Notes under the pieces: generated by a model | Told to the model about the DNA's origin: nothing | Seen by the model: the letters and a program-made list of their open reading frames with translations, nothing else | Databases searched by the model: none | Shown: piece by piece, positions 19,652-27,440 of the stretch | Position numbering within the stretch: the first letter of the stretch is position 1 | Layout of the letters: every line of letters begins with the position of its first letter | Program-made: the position numbers and the translations under genes | Assembly (NCBI GenBank): GCA_963741955.1 | Contig: CAVUKB010000007.1 | Coordinates: forward strand, 1,120,001 to 1,184,000 | Length of the DNA stretch: 64,000 bases | Reading direction: 5' to 3' | Source of the DNA: an uncultured Acidobacteriota bacterium | GTDB taxonomy: Bacteria > Acidobacteriota > Thermoanaerobaculia > Gp7-AA8

Positions 19652-20818
19652 TTACCCGTGAACCTGCACGGGCCGGGCGCGAAGAGCCTTCTCGATCCGC
19701 ATCAGAAGAACGTCGCGGCTGATCGGCTTCCGCATGAAGTCGGACGCTCCGAGCTCGAGACCTCGAACCTCTGACTCGTCTCCGGCATGCGCAGTCAGGA
19801 GGATGGTCGGCGTGTCGATGCCGTGCTTCCGGATCGCTTCCAGAAGGGTGAGCCCGTCGATGTACGGAAGGCTCACGTCCAGCAGGATGAGATCGTAGCG
19901 GGTGGCGCCGAGCTCGATGAGAGCTTTCGCGCCATCACCCGCAACCGTGACGGAGTACTGTTCCTGCGGAAGAATGGAGCGGATCAGATTCTGGTGGAGG
20001 ACGTTGTCTTCGATCACCAGGACGGAGCGCGCCCGCGGGGGAGCCCCGGCATCCGCCTCATCCTGCGACCCCTCCTCGGTCGACTGTTCGTGCCGCTGGC
20101 GCGCAATCGATTCGAAGAGCTGACGCGTTTCATCCGCGGGCTCGACCCGGAGCTGGCGGCGGAGGACGTCCGCGCACGTCTGGTACTGCTTGATCGCTGA
20201 TTCGGGCCGTCCCTGCTTGACGTAGAGCTGCATCAGGTGACGGTGAACCGATTCCTGGAGAGGATCGCGAGAGAGGAGCTGAAGTGCAGTGATCACGGCG
20301 TCTGCGACGGCGCCTGATTCGGTTTGAATCTCGAGCAGCTCCCTCAGCGCGTGGAGACCGATCTCCCGAAGCGTCTCGCGCTGTTCGTTCAGCCAGTCGT
20401 CGAATCCCGGCTCGTCGATCACGAATCCCTCGAGAAATTCGCCCTTCTGCAGCGCGATCGCATCCTCGATCGATTTGCGGGTTCCTTCACGGATCGACTG
20501 CTGAAACCGGATCACGTCCGCATCGACGCGGTCGGGGTCGATGGAGACCTTGTCCTCGAGGGTGGTGAGAACCGGCTCCTCGCCGCGCAGCGCTTTCCGG
20601 AGGCTGAAGAGAGTCTGGCGGAGGCTCTGGCGGGCCTGTTCAGAGCCACTGAAGCCCCACAGGAGAGCGGCGAGCTTTTCTCTCGTGTAGATCTGACCGG
20701 GACGGACCACGAGGTAGGCGACGAGCGCTTCGGCCTTGCGCGTCGGTAGATGGATCACGTCACCCGAGGCGGTGCGTGCTTCGAAGGAACCGAACAGCTG
20801 GATGGAGATTCTGCCCAT
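19652..20818 (-). CDS. SARP-type regulator (winged helix + BTAD) with C-terminal receiver domain
   Basis: RKAEALVAYL, REKLAALLW, SLRQTL; BTAD DPLQESVHRHLMQLY; REC motifs VIEDN, LLDVSLP, LLTA, MRKP. Confidence 0.9.
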   Translation of the reverse strand: MGRISIQLFGSFEARTASGDVIHLPTRKAEALVAYLVVRPGQIYTREKLAALLWGFSGSEQARQSLRQTLFSLRKALRGEEPVLTTLEDKVSIDPDRVDADVIRFQQSIREGTRKSIEDAIALQKGEFLEGFVIDEPGFDDWLNEQRETLREIGLHALRELLEIQTESGAVADAVITALQLLSRDPLQESVHRHLMQLYVKQGRPESAIKQYQTCADVLRRQLRVEPADETRQLFESIARQRHEQSTEEGSQDEADAGAPPRARSVLVIEDNVLHQNLIRSILPQEQYSVTVAGDGAKALIELGATRYDLILLDVSLPYIDGLTLLEAIRKHGIDTPTILLTAHAGDESEVRGLELGASDFMRKPISRDVLLMRIEKALRARPVQVHG

Positions 20819-20865
20819 CGCGCGGAAACCTGCAAAGAGAGTCTAACATGGAACCAGCGGCGCGC

Positions 20866-20894
20866 TTGACGTATTTTTGACGATATGTTTGACG
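20866..20894. promoter_or_regulatory. Three TTGACG direct repeats, candidate SARP/OmpR-type binding site
   Basis: TTGACG at 20866, 20877 and 20889 (11 and 12 bp period), between the regulator and the first pilin. Confidence 0.6.
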
Positions 20895-21159
20895 CGCGCA
20901 CAACGGTTTGGCGGGCTCGGTGGGTGGGGTGACGGTCATTTCACAGACGCGTTCACGGAGGGCTGTACGGGGAGGGCGTAGCTTGAGGACGATGAAACAG
21001 TCCCGCGAGCAGGAGCCCTCTTCCAGCGTCCGAGAGATGAGTCGCACCGGCTACGGGAAAAATACAGACGCAGGTGAAAAACACGAGGGCGCTTCGCAGA
21101 AGCACCGTCGAAGAACAGAGGGAACCGAGAAGGTCCCAACGAGTCAAAAAGGGGAAGAA

Positions 21160-21672
21160 ATGAAAAACCTGATCATGAAGTCACTCATCGTAGCCCTTGC
21201 AATCACGGCCGTCGCCGCCTTCACGCCGAGCGCGTTCGCGCAGGCTTCGGCCACCGCTTCGGCGAGCGCGAATGCCACCATCGTTCCGGGCCTCACACTC
21301 ACGAAGACCGCCGACCTGAACTTCGGAAACATCGTGCAGGACGCCACGGGTGGTACGGTGAGCGTGCCGACTTCCGGCGCAGAGACGTCGACCGGACCGG
21401 TACTCCTCGGCGTCGCGAATGCTGCCGCGTTCGATGTGACGGGGGACGGGAACCGCACGTTCAGCGTGACGCTGCCGGCGTCGCCGCTCTCGATCAGCGA
21501 CGGCGTGGCCAGTACGATGACGGTGAACAATTTCAAGGACAGCTGCGGTGGAACTTGCACGCTCGCGACGGGCGCCCAATCGTTCACCGTTGGCGCGGAT
21601 CTGATCGTGGGAGCCAGCCAGACAATCGGATCGTATACCGGATCGTTCAACGTCACGGTCGCATACAACTGA
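21160..21672 (+). CDS. DUF4402-type pilin, probable major subunit
   Basis: Signal peptide ending AFA-Q, ASATASASANATIV, TKTADLNFG, C-terminal GSYTGSFNVTVAYN. Confidence 0.85.
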   Translation: MKNLIMKSLIVALAITAVAAFTPSAFAQASATASASANATIVPGLTLTKTADLNFGNIVQDATGGTVSVPTSGAETSTGPVLLGVANAAAFDVTGDGNRTFSVTLPASPLSISDGVASTMTVNNFKDSCGGTCTLATGAQSFTVGADLIVGASQTIGSYTGSFNVTVAYN

Positions 21673-21685
21673 CGCGATGAAGTCC

Positions 21686-21720
21686 CGGGGGCGCCGGTGG
21701 AACGGCGTCCCCGATCTTTC
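21686..21720 (+). terminator. Stem-loop after the first pilin (leaky terminator or mRNA stabiliser)
   Basis: 11-bp stem CGGGGGCGCCG / CGGCGTCCCCG, loop GTGGAA, followed by ATCTTTC. Confidence 0.6.
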
Positions 21721-21733
21721 ACACGAGGATGGA

Positions 21734-22261
21734 ATGATGAGAAGCCAGATCGAACGAGCAGGGAGGGGGGGCGCCACGATCGCAGCGATCGCGCTCGTCT
21801 GTCTGCTGTCTGCCGGTCTGGCCGAGGCCGCCGTCGCCTACATGGCGGTGCAACCTTCCGCGATCTCGATCACCAACGACAGCGCGTTGAATTTCGGGTC
21901 GTTCATCGTAGGGCCATCCGCCGGGACCGTGACCGTTGCGCCCGACGGGACGAGAACGGTCAGCGGCGTGATTCCCATCGCAACCGGGTCGTTCAATGCG
22001 GCGAGCTTCACCGTCACGGTCTCCGGGAGCGGAAATCCGCATTATCTGATCACGATTCCAGCGGGGCTCACCCTCACGGGCCCTGGTGGTGCGACGATGT
22101 CGGTGGACACCTTTCTCAGCAATCCGGCAATCTCGGGGATCGCCAGCCCGCCGGCTCGCCAGGACACACTCGCCATCGGTGCAACGCTGCGCATCAACGC
22201 GAACCAGCAGAGCGGGGCCTACAACGGCGTCTTCCCCGTGACGGTCAATCTCGGGAATTGA
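21734..22261 (+). CDS. DUF4402-type pilin, minor subunit
   Basis: Signal peptide ending AEA, ALNFG, GTVTVAPDGTR, IGATL, GAYNGVFPVTVN. Confidence 0.82.
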   Translation: MMRSQIERAGRGGATIAAIALVCLLSAGLAEAAVAYMAVQPSAISITNDSALNFGSFIVGPSAGTVTVAPDGTRTVSGVIPIATGSFNAASFTVTVSGSGNPHYLITIPAGLTLTGPGGATMSVDTFLSNPAISGIASPPARQDTLAIGATLRINANQQSGAYNGVFPVTVNLGN

Positions 22262-22268
22262 GCTGGCG

Positions 22269-22817
22269 ATGAGCGCTCCTCTGAACATTCGGCTGACGTT
22301 CCTCCGGCTCCTGGCGCTCGGGATGGCGACCTCGATGATCGCCGTCTCATCTCCGGCGCAGAGCATCTCGGCCCAGGCAAATGCGACAATCTCCCGAGGG
22401 TTGACCGTCGTGAAGACGGCGGACCTCGATTTCGGCGACATCCTCGCTCCGACAGCCAGCGGGACAGTCACCGTGAGCCCGGCGGGAACTCGCGCTGCAT
22501 CGGGAACCATCGTGCTCGTGGGAGGCACGATCGGCGCTGCAGCGTTCAACGTGAGTGACAGCGGGAAAGGGAATCGTCATTTCTGGGTGGGTCTGCCGGC
22601 GAGCACCACGATCTCGAACGGGGCGAGCTCGATGACGGTGGACACGTTTCAGTCGAATCTGCTCGCGTCGTATCCGCTCTGCGGTTCCGGAGCGCCTCCG
22701 GGTCAATGTCCGACCGCGCCCTACACCATCCAGGTCGGTGCGACCCTCCACGTGAATGCGAACCAGCCTGCCGGAACCTACGTCGGTACGTTCACCATCA
22801 CGACCAACGAGTACTGA
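22269..22817 (+). CDS. DUF4402-type pilin, minor subunit
   Basis: ISAQANATI, VKTADLDFG, VGATL, GTYVGTFTITTNEY. Confidence 0.82.
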   Translation: MSAPLNIRLTFLRLLALGMATSMIAVSSPAQSISAQANATISRGLTVVKTADLDFGDILAPTASGTVTVSPAGTRAASGTIVLVGGTIGAAAFNVSDSGKGNRHFWVGLPASTTISNGASSMTVDTFQSNLLASYPLCGSGAPPGQCPTAPYTIQVGATLHVNANQPAGTYVGTFTITTNEY

Positions 22818-22835
22818 GACGCGTCGCAGAGACTC

Positions 22836-25487
22836 TCACGGCAATTCGAGGGTCAGGTCTGCACCGTCTACGATCGTGCCGTCGCGCCCGATGGTGATCG
22901 CCTTCGGCTTCGGGAGAACGGCATTTTTCCAGATTCCACGCTGGGTCTCCGAGGCACGAAGGTGGTATTCGCCAGGCTCGACCTTCGTGAAATCGAAAAA
23001 GCCGTCGTAGGCGGTGCGGACGGTGAATGCTACGTTTCCCGCTGCATCGACCAGATCGAGCGCGACCCCGGGCGCCTCGCGCGTGGTTCCATTTTGAGTG
23101 ATCCTTACGGTTCCGGTGATCTCCCCGGTGACCATCACCGGAAACTCCACCAGAGTGGTCGTCCCCGCGTGCGGCACGAGTCGTACTCCCTTCACCTTCG
23201 GAACCCAGAGGAGATCCTCGAGGGTGGAGGGAGAGAGACGGATGTCGTGCTCCCTCACCGTCGTCAGTCCGGGAATCACTGCACGTCCGTCGGGGCCGGT
23301 GGTCCAGGGCGAGCTGGTGTCGTCGACGAAGAATCCGGCGCCCGGGATCGGCTCTTCACCCGGGTCCATGTGGCCGTTTCCGTTTCGATCGAGGAACACC
23401 AGGGCAGAAACGGCGCCGAATGCCGCGGAGCCCTGCCGCCGCACGAGCCATGCGCCGGAGCGACCGTCCCGAAGGATGCCAGCGAACAGATTGAGACTCA
23501 CCTCGAATCCCGTTGCTTTGCTCCACTGGGTGTCGACGCCAATGGCGACCGGTCCGCGAATCCGATTGACGTTCATCAGGTATTGGTTCTCCCTCGCGCC
23601 GACCATCCTTCGGACGCCGAACTGGAGAACGTAGTCAGGAATCTGGAGCAAGTCGCTGGTCAGGCTGATCGTATCGAGTCTCCGCCGCGGATCGATGTGA
23701 TACGTCGCCTCTCCGCGAATGCTCGAGCCCCGGAGGGACTGGCTGAGCAGCAGTGATCCGTCAGTCTGTGCATCCTGGAGTGCAGCAGTTCCCGCAGGAA
23801 AGACGCTCACGACACGGTTCGACACGTACAGACGCCGAAACTGACTCGACAGGCCGTTCGAAAGCCGGTAGATGGAACCTCCGGTCGCCAGTCCGTCGCG
23901 CTGCAACTCGAAGGACACCGGAAACGAGACGCCGCCAAGGGCGGGAAACGCATCGAGACGAAGCCTGCTTCGCCGGCGAATCTCGCCGAACAGCGGTCGA
24001 AACACTTCGCTCTCGAATCCGCTTAGTTCAGTATGTTCCAGGATCAGATTCACCGACTGGATCCGCGACTGAAGAATCGCCGTTGTCGCACTCCCTCCCT
24101 TCGAATCGACCGCGAGCGCCCCCTGCGCAAATAGTGTTTTCCAGAACCCGCTCAGACTCGCCTTTCCGTAACTCCGATCCGACCCGTCGTCGAGGCGGGC
24201 TCTCGCGACGGCGAAGCCGGTCGAGATCTGGCGGGTCAGGCCATAGTCCGCCTGCAGGATTCCGCGATGCCCGCCGATGCGAGCATCCTCCGCGGCCAGA
24301 CGGTAATACAACTCCCCCGGCGGCGTGAGTGAGTCGCCGACGTTGAAGCGGGTGTCCCGTTCTTCCACCTGCCCCTGCGGACCGTGGAAGACGAGCCTGA
24401 AGACATTCACTCCGAACAGGAGCGGAACGTCGATGAACTCGTAGAGTCCATCGGGGCGCGATTGCTGGTACCCGACGAGCGCATCGTTCCGGTACAACTC
24501 GACGTCCCACCCCGGCAGCAGTTCCCCGCGAAAGGAATGACGATCGAACTGGTTCTGACGCTCGAGCGGATAGTTGCTGAGCAGAACTCCCGGCCCCGAG
24601 CTTCCGGCGAAGAGGAGCGGATCTCCGGGAGAAAAGATCTCGCCGGCGGCGTACTCCCGTGCGCGGAGCGGGCCGAGGAGTGTGCCCCGCGGATCGGATC
24701 GTCCCAGCGTTCCCCGCGTGTCGGCGAACGGGTCACGATTCGTGCCGGAGAGAAACAGTGACGCATCGTGATCGAGAAACGCTCCGGTGATCAGAGACGT
24801 GAACTGCATCGACTGGGACTGACCCGAAGACGAGCGGAGGCGGAGAGATTGATCGATGAAAGGGCCGTCGAGGAGAGAATATGGCGTCGGGTGCAAGGGG
24901 AGAGGCTGTCCCCGATACCCGAGCGATGCCAGAGTGCGTTCCATGGCCTGAGCACGTTGCTCTTTGATTTGCGAAGGAAGGGGCTCGCGCGGCTTGACGG
25001 TGATCATCGAAGCGTAGAGATCGACATCCAGGTCGACCGGAAGCCATTTCGAGAGAAGTGCAGTGTCGACGTAGATGTCGTCCTGATGGATCTCGACGCG
25101 AGAGCGGTCGAACGTCTGCTCTTTTCCGTTGATGCTGATGGTTCCGGCGCCGACGTCGAGATCGAACCGCCGCGTCTCGTTGATGATGAATCCGGAGGCG
25201 CGTCCCGTGGTGACGTCGACGTCGATTGCGAAACTGAGAAGCTGGGCCACCTGCCCGAGCGGGACGACGATTCCTCCGCCCTTCTCCGAATATGCCGGCA
25301 GAGTATCAGCCAGCGTGTCGTTCCCGAGACGCACCGCCATGAGAAGCAGATCCGTCTCGGGGCGCTGGACGAACCCGGATTGCGGAGAGGCAGTGGCGAC
25401 GGACCCCGTCAGCAGAGCGAAGAAGGCGACCAGGAGCAGGACTCTCTCGAGCCACCGGGACGCGTGACCCCGTTTCTCGAGGAGCAC
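22836..25487 (-). CDS. Fimbrial usher-like outer-membrane protein
   Basis: Signal peptide, beta-strand-rich body, GWDVELYRN...LLFGVNVFRLVFHGPQG plug-like motif, FLDRNGNGHMDPGE, C-terminal Ig-like domains; start is GTG 25487 or the MITE-derived ATG 25502. Confidence 0.8.
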   Translation of the reverse strand: MLLEKRGHASRWLERVLLLVAFFALLTGSVATASPQSGFVQRPETDLLLMAVRLGNDTLADTLPAYSEKGGGIVVPLGQVAQLLSFAIDVDVTTGRASGFIINETRRFDLDVGAGTISINGKEQTFDRSRVEIHQDDIYVDTALLSKWLPVDLDVDLYASMITVKPREPLPSQIKEQRAQAMERTLASLGYRGQPLPLHPTPYSLLDGPFIDQSLRLRSSSGQSQSMQFTSLITGAFLDHDASLFLSGTNRDPFADTRGTLGRSDPRGTLLGPLRAREYAAGEIFSPGDPLLFAGSSGPGVLLSNYPLERQNQFDRHSFRGELLPGWDVELYRNDALVGYQQSRPDGLYEFIDVPLLFGVNVFRLVFHGPQGQVEERDTRFNVGDSLTPPGELYYRLAAEDARIGGHRGILQADYGLTRQISTGFAVARARLDDGSDRSYGKASLSGFWKTLFAQGALAVDSKGGSATTAILQSRIQSVNLILEHTELSGFESEVFRPLFGEIRRRSRLRLDAFPALGGVSFPVSFELQRDGLATGGSIYRLSNGLSSQFRRLYVSNRVVSVFPAGTAALQDAQTDGSLLLSQSLRGSSIRGEATYHIDPRRRLDTISLTSDLLQIPDYVLQFGVRRMVGARENQYLMNVNRIRGPVAIGVDTQWSKATGFEVSLNLFAGILRDGRSGAWLVRRQGSAAFGAVSALVFLDRNGNGHMDPGEEPIPGAGFFVDDTSSPWTTGPDGRAVIPGLTTVREHDIRLSPSTLEDLLWVPKVKGVRLVPHAGTTTLVEFPVMVTGEITGTVRITQNGTTREAPGVALDLVDAAGNVAFTVRTAYDGFFDFTKVEPGEYHLRASETQRGIWKNAVLPKPKAITIGRDGTIVDGADLTLELP

Positions 25488-25494
25488 TGCACTA

Positions 25495-25673
25495 GCCCGC
25501 ATTTCTCACACCATCTCTGCTGCGGAGCCGGATAGCGGCCTGTCTGCTGCGTTGAGCCCCGCTCCGGCTCCTCGACATAGTCACCACTATGCCTTCGTCG
25601 CCGAAGCGAGGCGCGCCTTGCATCCAGGCCACTCTCCGCCTCCTCGCGACGAGATGGTATGAGAAATGCGGGC
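25495..25673. mobile_element. 179-bp MITE-like element, copy 1
   Basis: 23-bp terminal inverted repeats GCCCGCATTTCTCACACCATCTC / GAGATGGTATGAGAAATGCGGGC (1 mismatch), flanked by TA on both sides; second copy at 37519-37697. Confidence 0.85.
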
Positions 25674-26602
25674 TACGGTACCTGCAGCTCAGCCTTGGCA
25701 ATCGTTCCCCCGCCCGCCTCTGCCTGCTCCGAATATTCTACGCGCAGGCGTCCGCCGTCGAGTGTGACGTTCTCCGGCGCACGCAGCGGGATGGTGATCC
25801 ACCGGAACGGGTTGGGCGTGTAGACGGCGACGCCATTGAGCACTCCGACCGTCGTGTTTCGCCCGTTCTTTTCGAGCACCACGCGAAGATTTCCGTACAC
25901 CGACTCGTTCCCGGAGCGGTTGATCTTCACCTTGAGGTGCTGCGGCTCTCCGGCGGTCGCACCTTGCTCGACCGACAGATCGGTGATCGACGAATTCACG
26001 GAGAGATCCCCTTCTCGCACGATCACCGGAATGGAGACGCCATACACGGGAATCAAACGGATCTGCAATCCCTTCGGTTTTTCGTCCGAGGCCTCGGGGG
26101 CCACGTCTTCAGTTTTTGGAACGGCGCGGAAAAGGAGGTGGGATCGATACTCGCCGGTTGCAAGATCGGCGGGCTTTCGCACCTGCAGTCGTACCGTCTG
26201 CGCGATGTGCGGCTCGAGAGTGACCTGACGCGGCGAGTAGCGGATCAGTGGAGCGGCGGGCATGTCCTCAGGTTTCGCATCCGCGTACTCCTTCAACCCG
26301 CCGTCGTCCGTCATCCTGAGATTGATGAACGAGATCCGGTAGGTTGCCGTCTCGTTGCCGATGTTCACCAGCGTGACTTCCGCGCTCCGCGTCCTCCCTT
26401 CGAAGATCAGCCGGGTCGGCGCGACCAGAAGATCGCCGACGGCCGACCCGCCGGGAACCCGGGGTTCCGCAGCCCTTTCTGCCACCGGACTCTGGTTCGT
26501 GGGCGACGGCTGCGGGTCCTGTTGGGCGGACGCCGCGAGGGAGATGACGCTGCAGAAGATGGCGGCCTGGACAGCGGCGCGCCGGATACGGCTCACGTGC
26601 AT
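25673..26602 (-). CDS. Fimbrial biogenesis chaperone (PapD/EcpB-like)
   Basis: Signal peptide; LLVAPTRLIF, VTLVNIG, RYSPRQVTLEP, QTVRL, GEYRSHLLF, SIPVIVR, RSGNESVYG. Confidence 0.88.
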   Translation of the reverse strand: MHVSRIRRAAVQAAIFCSVISLAASAQQDPQPSPTNQSPVAERAAEPRVPGGSAVGDLLVAPTRLIFEGRTRSAEVTLVNIGNETATYRISFINLRMTDDGGLKEYADAKPEDMPAAPLIRYSPRQVTLEPHIAQTVRLQVRKPADLATGEYRSHLLFRAVPKTEDVAPEASDEKPKGLQIRLIPVYGVSIPVIVREGDLSVNSSITDLSVEQGATAGEPQHLKVKINRSGNESVYGNLRVVLEKNGRNTTVGVLNGVAVYTPNPFRWITIPLRAPENVTLDGGRLRVEYSEQAEAGGGTIAKAELQVP

Positions 26603-26808
26603 GGGAGCTCCTGGATTCAAGTTCGACCGATGACTTCGGTAATGGGCAACAGATGAGGAATTTGGGCCATTCCGAGCGCCGCGCCGGCCGCCCGCACGTC
26701 GCTCCACGGTCTCGGGTCAAAGTGCGGATCGCGCGGTCGCGACTCACGAGCTATCTCGGATCGTTCGATCTAGACTCCGCGTGGAACCCGGATGGAAGAG
26801 CGCTCCGG

Positions 26809-27228
26809 TCAGAAGTTGTGGATCACGACCAGCAGGAGATCGGAACCGGCATGCGACGGGGGCGCCGATCGCCAGGAGGGGGGGAGATTCATGCGCCACG
26901 AAAGTCTGCGCGCGCCGTCTGCGTCCGGGGAGCTCTCACTGCTCTCGAGCTGTAGCGGTGAATCTTCGAACGTCACGCCTGCGGTCCATCCGGCATTGTG
27001 CTCGAGTGACCCTTCGATCTTGGTCGAGGTTTCGACGTATCCGCGGGTCAGATCGCCCTGGCTGATGCCGATGTTGGGAAGCTCGCCCACCGAATAGCTC
27101 GCCGGGCGGGCGACGATCCGGGCCGACGCGACAGCGGTCGCGGAGGCCGCATGCGCCGCGGGGATCGCCAGCGCTCCGAAAAGGAGGAGGCCCAGCGCCG
27201 TTACCATTCCTCGGATCTGCTGCCGCAT
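26809..27228 (-). CDS. Secreted pilin-like protein
   Basis: GGAGG SD; signal peptide ending AHA; ASATAVASARIV resembles the N-terminus of the first pilin. Confidence 0.7.
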   Translation of the reverse strand: MRQQIRGMVTALGLLLFGALAIPAAHAASATAVASARIVARPASYSVGELPNIGISQGDLTRGYVETSTKIEGSLEHNAGWTAGVTFEDSPLQLESSESSPDADGARRLSWRMNLPPSWRSAPPSHAGSDLLLVVIHNF

Positions 27229-27440
27229 CGGGGATAACCTCCTGCAGGTAGGTCTCCCGAACGGCGCTTTTGATACAGAGAAGCTCTCCTTTCCGTATTC
27301 GGGCCGAAATCCGATACACTTCGGGCGCCGTCCGGCGCGCCGCGGCCGAGTGCCGTTTCGCGAGACTTCTCCGCCTCCCGAGGAGAGAGCATGCGATCGT
27401 GCAGCGCTGGAGGGAATCGAACGGAACAGGAGAGATTCGA

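Noticed and set aside
20950-21159. c-di-GMP riboswitch or ECF promoter in the pilin leader
   Set aside because: The c-di-GMP-I GCAAA...GGGACGCAAA core is absent; GGAACC-N16-GTCAAA at 21121-21148 resembles an ECF promoter but is too close to the start and too weak to call
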